From positions 1,535,344-1,567,343 of the forward strand of contig CP001574.1 of the NCBI GenBank assembly GCA_000090985.2: a stretch of DNA of 32,000 bases, given 5' to 3'. Origin of the DNA: Micromonas sp. Its lineage: Eukaryota. The notes below the pieces were generated by a model that worked only from the letters and a program-made list of their open reading frames with translations, was not told the DNA's origin and made no database searches. Position numbers and translations under genes: made by a program. This document shows, one piece after another, positions 1 through 13,134 of this stretch (position 1 is the stretch's first letter; every line of letters starts with the position of its first letter).

Positions 1-1
1 A

Positions 2-126
2 ACATTTTTGACACCATTAAATCAAGAACGATGGTCTAGCGCTACATATAGTTGTCGACATTTTTAACACCGTTAAATTAAGAACGACGGTCTATCCGTC
101 TCATACATTGTCGACATTTTTGATTT
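2..126. repeat. 56-bp tandem repeat, two full copies plus a partial third; the array probably continues upstream of the window
   Basis: The unit ACATTTTTGACACCATTAAATCAAGAACGATGGTCTAGCGCTACATATAGTTGTCG (2-57) recurs at 58-113 with scattered substitutions and restarts at 114 (ACATTTTTGAT...). Confidence 0.85.
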
Positions 127-282
127 TTTAGCTCGAGAATCTTGAGTCAGTGTCCCATATAGTTGTCACACTATGTTTACTCATATAAACTACGTACGGG
201 TATGGAAATCCTCTAACACATATGTCGTGTGTATGTGTAGCAGCAGCAGGTAAATAATGACGATACCATCTTCCGAACATAT

Positions 283-2435
283 ATGTCGCTCACCGCGGGT
301 CTCGCGTTTCGTGCGCGATTTCCCGCGAGAGAAAAACTCGTTGATTTTCTACGTGGCAACTATCATCAAGATTGCAGCTCCTCGCCGCACGAGTGCACGA
401 ATGCGAAACCGGAGCCGCATGAAGCCACCAAACATGATGAAAGCGTTGTTAGCGAGAAGGAAGACATCATATTCGCTCTAGCACCCGGTGCTACACACAT
501 CGCTGCGGCATGCGGTTCGCGCTTTGTCATTTCTGCAACTTTGATGCATACGGGAACTTCTATCTCGGATGTATCATTATGCACTGCGGATGTACGCAAG
601 GCAGGTGCCAGCGAACGTATCTCTGCAGTTTGCTGGGTTGGGTACCGCACCCGTCCTTGTAGAAGTCTCGAAAATTCCTCTGAACATGGATCCCCGGGCA
701 GTGACCGTGATGACTTGTTCGTAGTCGTTGGCACAAGCATGGGCAATGTTAGCTTCTACACACCTGAAGCTCGTTTGCTGTTCTCCAAAAGTTTTGCACA
801 CGTTTCTCCAGAAGTTGGCAGCTCCACTGTGTGCCACGCAACACCGGTCCGTGCACTTCACCATCGAATCTCGCGCATTTCGCATTCACGCGCAGACGCC
901 ACCGAAGACCTAATAATCGTATTTGATGATATGGTTCTGCGTATGGATGCCGTGGAACTCCGATCTGTGACTCGACGAGCCTTTTTCACAGGGCTGAGTC
1001 TGTCGCGCGTGGAAGAGAAACCCTTGAAACATCAGGCTATCAAGAAAGCAGAATGTGTAGATGCGCCTGACGGTTATTCCCTGACACTCGCAAACGATAT
1101 AGCAGCGAAGACACCTAATAATGAGACTTTAATTTTCAACTCTTCATTTTTGGCATTGACACGCTGGGGTCTATCCAAAGTAGCTCCTCTTGCAGATGCT
1201 TTTTGCATTGGCAAGCTTCAAGTAGAATTTGCACAGTCGGCATTATCATTGGACGCTGGGGCTAGACAAAAAAGAAGTACGTTGTATAGAGCAACCGGTA
1301 TAATTGCTGCTGGTCGGGGTATTCATGACGGCCAGAACAAAGTTATCGCTTTCATGGCTACTCGCGTGGCCCAGGAGAATACATTGGAGGCAGTTACAAC
1401 ATTTGCTTCAAAGGCAGCATCATCGGCAGTGTCCGCAGTGACTAACATGGTGGACGGTGCTCTCCATTTTGCCGGTGCTATGTCGAACAACATCTCCATC
1501 TCCTATTTACTCCCCAAGGGAGTAGCAATCAATTCAGTTCCCAAATTGACATTCGAGGGCGTTTCTGCAAATGCGCATTCCTCAAGTGGGCATACCTGTG
1601 AAGACGAACAAGAAAAGTTATACAGCTTGGCGGGGTATTCACTCGATTCGTATTGCGCACTCATCGATTCAACTAGACGGGTGCAAAGGATCATCCCAGC
1701 ACCGCGTGGCTCAATTTTTGCTACTATTGACACTCTCGGTCGTGTCGCAGTTTGGGATGCCGCCGTGCCCACGATGATTACAACAACACTGAGTTTAAAA
1801 GGGCGCAGGCACGCTGAAATAGCTTGGCTGGAGGTACCGCCACCGCCTAAGTGTACTGCGCAAATGGCACTTGGCAGGCTGTACATTGTCGTTCGTAGTC
1901 CACATCGGAACAAAGGAACCGTGGAACTTTGGGAAGTAGGAGGAGAACACGCCGGGATGGTGTCCGCCGTATACAAGAATGGGTGCAGCCGGAATGGCCC
2001 CGTCGATCTGAGGGCTTCGACTCTTCTGCAAGCTACATGCCCATTTGAAGCGTGCATAACACCACGTGACTCATCCAATCCGGCTATGTATTTTGAGGGA
2101 AATTCGCGTTGTTACATTTTTGCGAGGAATGGGGATTTGTACGAGATATTTGTATAATCACCACTACTGCTCCCAACAATTGGATTATCTTGAGACAGGA
2201 TACTATGGTATGTCTGACATTCGAACTGTTGCTCACCACTTGTTCGAGTTTGAATGATGAGGAGTCCCAAGCCAAGACCACCTTGAGATTGCTTGCTCTG
2301 CTCAAGGTATCCTGTTTTGTTCATTGATTGATCAGCGAATTTATGCCGATGATTTTGCTAACTTATGATTTCATTCATTTGCTTTTGAAGGAAGGTTTTG
2401 AATCGGCCGTCGTCTCGATCAAATTATACACATGA
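283..2435 (+). CDS. RAB3GAP2: Rab3 GTPase-activating protein non-catalytic subunit (Rab3GAP2)-like protein, short form
   Basis: ATG at 283 opens a 624-codon ORF (283-2157). DLFVVVGTSMGNVSFYTPEARLLF resembles human [33 protein letters not shown]...KGRRHAEIAWLE...LYIVVRSPHRNKGTVELWEV resembles human TDDFGRVILLD...KGYRDAQIGWIQ...LVIYAPRRGILEVW (human sequence recalled from memory). A 3' extension through two short phase-0 introns is likely (GT 2152/AG 2198; GT 2307/AG 2390). That gives exons 283-2151, 2199-2306 and 2391-2435 with the tail ...AKTTLRLLALLKEGFESAVVSIKLYT*, where LLALLK echoes human KKLAALLK. Without splicing the CDS stops at 2157. Confidence 0.7.
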
Positions 2436-2482
2436 GGTGACCGTCGGAATGACTCGACCCGATTGACCGCGAAGAATTTTTT

Positions 2483-4188
2483 TCAACAAGTCATTGTTGT
2501 ACATTCTACACAATTGTAAATTAGAGTCTTCTCGCATGGCACAAATTGTTTTGTAACCAACTTTATGATTTCTTGCGAGCCGATTGCCCCAAGGACGCTC
2601 GCCACTGCATGCAATTCCCCACCACCACCTCTCACTGTTTCGCATATAAGATTATCTAAGAGGTGACCATTCAGATTATGGTCGCCGAGTATTTCGTCGG
2701 CAATCGTCTTCAATTTGATGAAATCGTCCTTCGAGCCGCGCACGGCATCAATTGCCGTGCCAGGCAACCGTCCATATCTATCAAAGAAAGCATCTGAAGC
2801 ACACACCAGGACCAAATATGTCAAAGTAGACAATGGATAGTCCCACGCTCCCTGCGACGTTGACTTGATCTTATCCTCACGTACCAAGCTGCTATCCAAA
2901 GCCAAAGGGCGCCAGCGTAAGAATGCGGCATTGGATGCATACCTGCAAAAAGTACGGACTTCATCGGCAGTAATCTCATCCCTCTGTCGACCGGCACGCA
3001 CGAGGGCCTCCTGGACGTAATGTTCCACAACTTTGGCATCTGAAGCTGCCTTTTCTTGGTATATTCGCTGCAATGTCACATAACAATCTGTCGTACATGT
3101 CATGTCTGGTATGCTTCCAACAAGAGGCATCATACCGCCGCTCTTTGCCAAAAACGCGGAAATACCGGAAATTTTGAACCAAAAAATCGGAGTAGACTGA
3201 CAAAGATTTTTAGAAGCTAATTCTTCGAGTACCTTGACAAGAGTGGGTGATAGTGACTTCGGTTTACAAACATGCCGAACTGCATTAAGCGCTTCCTGGA
3301 AGTTTTCTTCATCATGCGTTCTGCGCATAGCAGATAGCATGTGCTTAAAGGCAGCTTGTTCACGTGTGTTGCTCGGAAGTTTACTATCATGTTCTGCTCG
3401 CCACTTGTCGCATGCTTGCAGAAGTAAGACAATAAACGGCACACCCTTAAAGGCAACGCCGTCAAGAGTATCAAGTTCGAATTGAGACACAAAATTACAG
3501 AGCTCTGGCCAAGGTTGTGTCAATCCGAGATCATGAATATTGTCCCCTGGGTTTGTATCAGTTATCACATGCTCTCTGATACAAAGTCGTAAGGTGCCGA
3601 TGAATCCGAAGGATCGCATCACGATCATGATGATGTTTTGCTTCCGACATACAGAGTCTAGAGCCATCAGTGTCCTCATGGGCATCTGGGTTGCGATTAC
3701 GATGGTAAAATCATGAAAGAAATCGGGATTGTCAGTTACGATGTCTTCTGGATCTTCATCTATGAACGACCCAACGACAGCAGCATTCAACTCTTTCAGG
3801 TGGGCGGCGACGGCCTTTGCCCTGCTCTCCCCAACATCTGTTGTGCTAAGCATGAAATTGTTCCCCAAGTCACGTGGCTTCACCGTATCTTTGTCTACTA
3901 AGGTAAAGGAGGCAATCCCTCCAAGCACAAGATTTTTAACAGTTTCGCATCCTGTGGGCCCACAATTCAATAGACATACTTTGCTCTCTTCGAGCTTTTT
4001 TTGCCAGTGTAAAGAGTCCCACACCACGACTGAAATCTTAAACCAGCGCACACAGGTGGCAAAGGGGGAGCGATTAGTTTCAGTGAGCTAGCGCGAGAGC
4101 GAAAGGCTTCAACGGGAAAATTCCATAGATTGCCCAACCCGTGCTCGCCCCAGATCCGAATTTGCCGGTCATATCGGCCGCCAACCAT
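2483..4188 (-). CDS. NAE1: NEDD8-activating enzyme E1 regulatory subunit (APPBP1/ULA1/AXR1 family)
   Basis: Exon 1 (ATG 4188-4186) encodes MVGGRYDRQIRIWGEHG. The main ORF 2483-4051 then encodes QKKLEESKVCLLNCGPTGCETVKNLVLGGIASFTLVD...DLGNNF, later IPDMTCTTDCYVTLQRIYQEKA, and ends ...GSQEIIKLVTKQFVPCEKTLIY.... This is collinear with remembered human NAE1 ([24 protein letters not shown]..., [34 protein letters not shown]). The exon 1/exon 2 junction (about 4139 to 4004) cannot be closed with a canonical AG acceptor; see findings. Confidence 0.85.
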
Positions 4189-4199
4189 CTCACGAACTT

Positions 4200-4760
4200 T
4201 CGGCTACGCGAGCAGTTCTCTGTTCTTCGCTTGATGACTCGTTATCTTCCGCGATGGAGCCTCGATCAATGAGATTCATATAAATACCGTCGTACCGAAC
4301 GAAGCGAAGGTACGAAACAGTGTTGATTATTATTTCAAAATCATACATGATGATATGATTTCGTACGAATATGAAAGTACGAACGAACGAAGGTAAGTTC
4401 TTACGCACGTACGAAGGTACATATTTATATATATATAGTCATATTATGATACGAATGAAGGTACTAACTATTTAATGATAGACTATTGTATTTTTAAAAT
4501 TGGTGAGTGTATTATTTAGACTATTATTAGTATCATATTAAAACCCTTATTAATTACCCCCGAAGGTAATACCTTTTGGTCGGGATTCGTGGTAAACACC
4601 TAGATTCTCAATCAATAATATAAAATCAAATACCTTCGAAGGTACATACGAAGTAAGGTACCTTCGTAATATTTTATTGTGATTATTAAAAGTTACCTTC
4701 GTATTACATATATGTACTACTATATATAATGTTATCCACATTATTTGATATCTACACCAC
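4200..4760. repeat. AT-rich intergenic island with 7 copies of the TACCTTCG(T/A)A motif, lying between divergent NAE1 and CenH3 5' ends
   Basis: Motif cores start at 4305, 4388, 4410, 4561, 4631 (perfect TACCTTCGAAGGTA), 4659 and 4694. Degenerate variants lie at about 4455 and 4571. Confidence 0.85.
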
Positions 4761-4907
4761 TATTTTTCCGAGAGCACCGCAAACATATCGGGCAATTCCA
4801 TAATTGCCAGTCGCGCTGCGGCGTGCCGAGATCCAGATTCAAAACACCAAAATCGGCGTAAGCTTTTGGCGGATTTGAGCTGCAGACGGCAACGCAGGTC
4901 GCTGCAA

Positions 4908-5614
4908 ATGTCGCGTAAACTACAAGGAAAACATCAACGAAAGGTGGGCGGTTGTTTCACCTATTTCCCGCCAATGAATGACGATGACGAAATTATGCAG
5001 GCGAAGAAACCAAGAAAAGAGTCTTCGAAGGTTATTGATGCGGACGGCTCGCAAGGTGAGCTTCCAACGTTGCGCGGCAGACATGATCGCTATCCTTAAA
5101 AGCGCATTTCATTTCTCCGCTGTCGACTGACCTGCTAGCCCCGAAACATTCCTTGGCAGACAGGAAGCGACGCAGATACAAGCCGGGAACGCTTGCCCTC
5201 AAAGAAATAAGAAAATTCCAAAAAAGCACCGAACTCTTGATACGCAAAGCGCCATTTTGCCGCCTCGTGAGTGACATGCAGACACATTTCCCCCGCTTCC
5301 ATGGTCCTCGGGAACAACATTTTCGTCTTTCACCTTCTCCCAGAGCTGCCAGTACTTCTATTCACTTATAAACGAAATTTACAAACTCGTCGACACAGGT
5401 ACGGGAAATTTCTAATGAAGTTTCACCAGAGCCCTTTCGTTACACGGCGGAGAGCCTTTTGGCGATTCAAGAAGCTACGGAGGACTTCCTCGTTCACCTT
5501 TTTGAAGACTGCAACCTGTGTGCGATTCATGCAAAACGTGTAACCATAATGCCTAAAGATCTCCAGCTTGCTCGGCGAATTCGAGGTCCCATATATGGTG
5601 TCTCGGCCTATTAG
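4908..5614 (+). CDS. CENH3: Centromeric histone H3 variant (CenH3/CENP-A-like), 3 exons
   Basis: Exons are 4908-5055, 5160-5266 and 5399-5614, with donors GTGAGC at 5056 and GTGAGT at 5267, acceptors at 5159 and 5398, and consistent phases. The histone fold reads [94 protein letters not shown]. The N-terminal tail is divergent and basic, and loop 1 is one residue longer than in canonical H3; both are CenH3 hallmarks. An optional in-frame 57-nt intron at 4944-5000 would remove the hydrophobic stretch [19 protein letters not shown] from the tail. Confidence 0.85.
4964..4975 (+). promoter_or_regulatory. E2F-like site TTTCCCGC overlapping a CCAAT box, inside the optional first intron of CenH3
   Basis: The sequence TTTCCCGCCAAT matches the E2F consensus TTTSSCGC followed by CCAAT. 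This is a single occurrence, so chance cannot be excluded. Confidence 0.3.
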
Positions 5615-6049
5615 CATTAGGTGCAAGTTAATACCAATAGATTTTGCAGGAATCAATGCGGCGAACTTGCTCTCCTTGTTTTTAGGAAGCGTTCCAAGCA
5701 GAAAGAGCACGGACATTCAAACGCCATTGCACAACAAGAGCGTTGTTGATCATTACGGGACATACATGCACGCATGTCTGTGTACTAATATGGTCTTTCT
5801 AATACCTTTTCCACAGCGATGGATGTGACATTCCGTTACTGTATGCCCTGTTTGCCCTTGATGCATATTGTGTTGTTCATGCAAGATTTCAGGACGGACG
5901 CAGGCAGTCTAGTCGCGTAGCGAGCAACGGCCACTAGCTAGGCCGATACTACGGAAAAAAAAACTTGCAAAACTTGCAACCCGTTAAAAGTTTCGGAGCC
6001 TTGTTTTTATGAGCTTTTTAGCGGGATTTTTTGAAACTGATCATGATGG

Positions 6050-6950
6050 TATCTGAATCTATTTATTATTGCCCTTTATTTGTGTATTATTCTGAATTTC
6101 ATTAGGGTGGGATACGTTTTTATGCATAACGATTTTATGATGATATATTAAATAGTTTATTATAACGATTTTATAATAATAACACTATTAATATACCTTC
6201 GTAGTAGATTAAATTCTTGATATATTTAATCGCCGTACCTTTACGAGGACTAGCTAGTAGAGATTATTAAAATTAACACTAATAAATATTGGTTGTTTAT
6301 TTCAATATTATATACCATTTGCGCTATCGTTAACTCGCTGACTGGATGGTTGACTATTTGTGCCGTAGTTTCAGTCATATCACATACAATCTACGTCATT
6401 TCTCCTGAAAAGATCCGACCCGTCATATCAGGAGGTTCGGCAGATCCCAGGGTGAATATTGGCGAGGTTTCATAACGCCATTTCAGTTCCATTTCCATTG
6501 AGAATCTAATAAATAAGACCAGCGTTCCCAATTTTGATTATTGAGAGGTTAAATATGGTGGACACGTACGGACGGATGGGCAAACCGTTCCTCAACCTCC
6601 TCAAAGACGTCGCCGCACACTAGTATATTACTGCATGAACCATTAAGTTCAGGAAATAAATGTAACTTCGTATTTATCACCTTCATTCGTTCGTATTTAT
6701 ATACCTTCGTAGTATCCATAGTAGCTAGCTAGCAGTTGTGCTAATAATAAATACAGTACCTTCGTATATACCTTCGTACGTTTCGTTCGTAATAAGGACC
6801 TAAACTTACCTTCGTTATTAGACTGTTATTAGTATAATAATATTACCTTCGAAGGTATAAATACCTTCGTAAAAAATACGAAGGTATTAATACCTTCATA
6901 TATACCTTCGTATAATAACGAAGACATTGTGCATGCCAATAATAACGAGG
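6050..6950. repeat. AT-rich island upstream of the DEAD-box gene with 9 TACCTTCG(T/A)A sites and short hairpins
   Basis: Sites start at 6194, 6712, 6757, 6769, 6807, 6844 (perfect 14-bp palindrome), 6862, 6877 and 6903. The segment 6861-6887, ATACCTTCGTAAAAAATACGAAGGTAT, forms an 11-bp stem with a 5-nt loop. GCTAGCTAGC blocks lie at about 6724 and 6252. Confidence 0.85.
6090..6110 (+). mobile_element. Solo terminal inverted repeat of the same MITE family as 16302-16614 (truncated copy)
   Basis: TTCTGAATTTCATTAGGGTGG, preceded by TA, matches the TIR TTCTGAATTTCATTATGGGTGAGG at 16302. I found no matching right end in the next 800 bp. Confidence 0.5.
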
Positions 6951-7074
6951 TAAAAATGACAACAATGTGCAGTACACTTCAGCTGATGGAACCTGTATGT
7001 GGACCTAAGTCTTATGTTCAGAATCCCACCCATGAGGTTTAGTGCATCTCTATATTATCTTCTGAAGCCGTAGC

Positions 7075-8529
7075 ATGTCTTCTCCTCTTGATGGGCTGGT
7101 CGTGGGTAAAGAGAAACCTTCGACCATGGGAGCAGACATCCAAAAAGGTATTTCAATATTCAACAACAGGAAATCTCCGACACAACCGAGAACAAAAACC
7201 TTCGAGACATCAAAGATCGGGGAAGTGGTTGGTTTTCCTTCCCAAGAAATTGTGAGCCATGAAGTCGTCGAGCAAACTGGTTTTCGATCACTAGGACTGA
7301 ACAGCTGGTTGTGTGAAAATATAACCTCGATGGGAATCGCCACCGCGACACCGGTTCAACGGGGTTGCATACCCGCAATTTTGGCAGGAAGAGATGTCAT
7401 CGGAGTGGCGCAAACTGGCACAGGAAAGACGGCAGCGTTCGCTCTCCCTATTTTACAGATACTTGGACGAGAGCCTTATGGAATTTTTTGCCTTTGTTTG
7501 ACACCAACCAGAGAACTAGCATCTCAGATTTCAGAACAGTTTATTGCTTTTTCGGCAGGGATGACTCTCCGCTGCGAAACCGTTTTTGGTGGCGAGAATA
7601 TCCGGACGCAGGCAAAGGCTCTGATGCTGAGACCACACATAGCAGTTGCGACACCGGGCAGACTTATGGACCATTTTCTTCACTGCTCTGCAGTCGCTAA
7701 ATGTTTTGAAAATGTCAGGTGCCTGGTTCTCGACGAAGCTGACAGGCTGCTAGATCCGGGATTTGAAGCGGAGCTTCAAGCCATCATGCACAACTTGCCA
7801 TCAGCTAATCGCCAAACCTTGATGTTTTCAGCTACCATCACGAAGTCCATATCCGCTGTACAAGAACTAGCCCTTGGCAAAGCATTACTTTTCGAGGCCC
7901 TTAAGGATACACAACTTGCAGGCCGCTGCAAAGAAGAATATTGCTTTATCGCACCAAGGGTGAAAGAAGTATATCTTGTTCATATACTGAAAAGAGCACC
8001 GACATGGGGAACGAGGTCGATGATTGTTTTCGCTGGAACAGTTCGAAAATGTCAGATGCTGAAGGAAATTCTTTCAGTCTTGGGAATAAACTGTGTTGCC
8101 TTACACGCTGCCAAGAAACAAGCACGCAGACATGCCAGCCTCTCGCGATTCAAATCTGGCGAAATTCAAATAATGATTGCTACTGACATTGCATCACGCG
8201 GCCTTGATATTCCAACGGTTGACATGGTTGTAAACTATGATGTGCCCTTAATCCCCCGGGATTATATTCATCGGATCGGGCGCACTGCACGGGCTGGGCG
8301 GGTTGGCAGAGCCATCACACTTGTGACACAGCATGACATTTCCTTGGTGCATCAAATCGAACAACTCACCTGTAGAAAGCTAGTTGAGCTTTCTAAACTT
8401 TCTGAGGAAGCTATTCTGAAAGATATGGCGCAGGTCTTTGCAGCAAGGCGAATTGCGAACCTGAACATGGGTGCAGCTGGTGGTTTCAATGAAATCCTTC
8501 GTCAGAAAAGATCAAAGTGCACAAAATGA
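7075..8529 (+). CDS. DDX49: ATP-dependent DEAD-box RNA helicase, DDX49/Dbp8 type
   Basis: A single 484-codon ORF carries a Q-motif region ([17 protein letters not shown]), motif I [11 protein letters not shown], Ia [29 protein letters not shown] MFSAT and [37 protein letters not shown] closely resembles remembered human DDX49 [25 protein letters not shown]. Confidence 0.9.
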   Translation: [484 protein letters not shown]

Positions 8530-8797
8530 TACGTATGTCCCGCTTGGACCTGTAAGAGAGCGTGAAATAGCCAGGGACGGGCGTGGCGGCGAGTTTGTTG
8601 CGATCTCATCGGCCTAAGTGCCCCATCACTATCAGCCAGTCCAGCTATGACTAGGTAACTGCATATCAGGATCGAGTAGATTGTTTAGTTTGATCCGTAT
8701 CGAATGGATTTAGTTAGTTAGCATCACAATGGATTCTATTCAGAGGCCCGTGAGTTGTATGTGTCGCCTTTTGAGAAACTTGTGGAACACAATGGCC

Positions 8798-10596
<1,799 letters not shown>

Positions 10597-11110
10597 TCAA
10601 AGTTACGCTGAGATGGGCAGAGCTCAGAGCTGAATTCGTCAGTTTCTACTGGAATTCGTGACCAGCACAAAAATATTCCGGATGAGGAATCCACAACGGT
10701 CAGGTACAAGTGCTGTTGAATTCAAATATTTTGCGATCAAAACAACATCTTAACGAAGGTATTTTATTAGGACAGGAGGTGATGACGTTTTTTTACAAAG
10801 GTGAAAATAAATCTGCCTTTTGGAAAACCACGGCGTCTTGTCTAAGTGAACACTTACCCCAAATAAATAAATATAAAAATCGTTTGTATGGAAATTGCTC
10901 TCAGCTGAGGTATGGGCTTTTAGTTCCGATGGAGCATCCGTACAAATTCTCAACCATGTGGTTCAGTCGAACGATGGGGCTCACGTCTGAATCCGCGCCC
11001 CATAGGTATAGTCGAACATAAGGAGGAAACTGAAACCTCGGCAGAGGGGGGATGCGCGACCAACCGAAGGAGAAACGCAGCCTCTAGCCAACTTGCACGG
11101 CAGCTCAAAT

Positions 11111-13019
11111 ATGGAGGAGGCTGACGGCAGAAATCTTCGAGTGGCCACGTGGAACGTGGCTTCGATAAATAACAACCCTTTCGAATACTTCGTTTCCCAC
11201 GACGATCCAGCGTACCTTAAGGTGATGCAAGACATCGAGAAGTTCATGATATCACCGGGCGAACATGATGTTACATTGGGCGAAATCATGAGCAATCGAA
11301 TTCTTGAGGAGTTGGCTGCACTCATTGAAAACGCTGGAATAGGCGACCTCGAACAGGCAAGTGAGTACTGGGAGGAGAATCTAAGGGATCGTAGGTATGT
11401 ACTGTCCCACGATCCACTAACCTTGCAAAAGCTGTTTCCGGCTATCCACTGGAATACATATATACGCCACAAAAACAAAGCCTTAAAACGCCTAAATTCC
11501 ATTTGATCTCTTCAGGGTGGTAGCAGACTTCTTAACGGACACAGAAATAGGTGCAAAGCGTCTGTGTTCCTTGCCTGATAGAGTGACAAATACTATCCAT
11601 TCTGGTATGGAGATCGTGTGTCGTCCTACAGTCATAAGTTGCTACCGAGAGGCGTTGCCTAACATAGAGCAGTGGTGGGCGCAATGGAAAGATTTCATGT
11701 TTGCAAAGGAGGTCCAGATTGTCACCAAAACTGGGTTGACCGCTTCTAGAAGAGTGTGTGAGCTGCTGGACCCGATCAAGCAGTCGAAATACCCTGCTAT
11801 CACTGAAGCCGAACAAGCTTGCTCGATCTCACTACAAATCATTTATCTCGCTGCATTTGATGCAAGCCTTGTATACATGATGAATTTGGTGGCACCGAGG
11901 GATTGGCACAGGATCAAAACATCCCTCATGGATGTCCTGCACCAGAATAAGTGTGTGAGAGTCATGGATATACTCACGGGCCCCGTGTATGCGAGCTGCG
12001 ATGTCATTTTCTTGCAAGAGGTTTCTGCTGCAATGGTGCGCGACTTTGAAAATAATCCAAATATCAAAGAAAAGTACCACATTCTTTCTCCGGAGACCTT
12101 GGACGGGAAACGAGATCAGAACAGTATAATTCTGGCCGCCAGTTGCAGATTTTCAAAGGAAAGTTCAAAAAAGTGCAGCCAAACATGGGGCGGAGAAATT
12201 TCTGCGCAAATTATCGGGCTCATAGACGACGTAAAGTCTGCTCCAGTCGCAGCTGGGGATCTTTTCGTCGTGTGCTGCCAGGAAAAAGTTTCAAAAACAT
12301 CGAAATTATCAAACATCAAACCTGCTCACCAACACGGACAGCGGTTCATCTTCGCATCGTTCCATGGTGACACGGATGGCCTAGCGACGATTCCTGTAGT
12401 TTCAGCGGTTAAAAAGTATATGACATTACTGACATCAGATGAGTCAGCAGTAGCTGCTGGCATCGGTTCAGCACCTTGTCCACCGCTGCTCGTGTTCGGC
12501 ATGGATGCAAATACGTATAAGGTTCACAACGAAGGAAAACGTCAAGGTGTGATCGACTTTGCTAAACATTTAGCGGCGATGAACATCGCAACGTGTTGGG
12601 GCGCTGGTGAGTCTGTCGCAAATGAATTTCGGAGGACAAATACTTTTAAATTTATTGCACCAAATGTCATGCTGGCCCTACTTGTCGTGGACCCAAACCT
12701 CTACACAACGTATAATGCTCGAACATTTTTACAGCCACAACTGAATAAAGCGGTGCGCTTCTCAGACTACGACACATCTAAATTGACGGACAAAAATCCG
12801 AAAGATCATATTTTATTTGAATCAACCACATCGCACCTGAGGAACGTTAGCGGAGGAAAAGAAGTTCGAGCAAAATATGTTTTCAGAGACAACACCGGCG
12901 ACGGCAACTTTATTGCTGATATGCCTTTTCCGACGTCATCATTTCCATCAGACCATGCAATTGTATGCGTAGACCTCGAGCTTGTGCCTCATCATTTTTC
13001 TGATCTAGTCTCCAGTTAG
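11111..13019 (+). CDS. Endonuclease/exonuclease/phosphatase (EEP, DNase I-like fold) family protein, 2 exons
   Basis: The ATG is at 11111 (the track's 11093 start is TTG). Exon 1 is 11111-11394, the intron is 11395-11515 (GTATGT...TCTTCAG, phase 2) and exon 2 is 11516-13019, giving 595 aa. The N-terminus LRVATWNVASINNNPFEYF and the C-terminus FPSDHAIVCVDLEL are typical first and last EEP catalytic motifs. I did not recognise the exact subfamily. Confidence 0.8.
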
Positions 13020-13134
13020 TTGTCTCTAGCTCACATTTAATGATTAAACTGTTCAACGTGTCGATACCTTTGCAATCGAGCCACTGCCAAGGATGATGGG
13101 ATGATATGAACAGGAAGGATGGCCGGTGTGGATG

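Noticed and set aside
1503-2078. 191-aa and other antisense or alternative-frame ORFs inside the Rab3GAP2-like, NAE1, CPR and giant genes (for example 366-746, 3729-4091, 14755-15319, 21380-21889, 27612-28022)
   Set aside because: All are nested in longer ORFs that carry recognisable family motifs, and none has motifs of its own.
6555-6623. A 22-codon ORF (MVDTYGRMGKPFLNLLKDVAAH) in a GC-richer patch of the AT-rich island
   Set aside because: It is too short to support a call. It may be a relic of a gene or transposon fragment, but I recognised no motif.
4200-6950. The AT-rich islands next to the CenH3 gene interpreted as centromeric DNA
   Set aside because: The location of the CenH3 gene says nothing about centromere position. 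At least five similar islands occur in 32 kb, each between ordinary housekeeping genes, which fits promoter or TE-rich spacers rather than a single centromere.
12607-12734. An apparent intron in the EEP gene (GTGAGT donor at 12607, TTTTTACAG acceptor at 12734)
   Set aside because: The length is 128 nt, so removing it shifts the frame straight into a stop (G|CC ACA ACT GAA TAA). It would also delete the conserved-looking TTYNARTFLQ segment.
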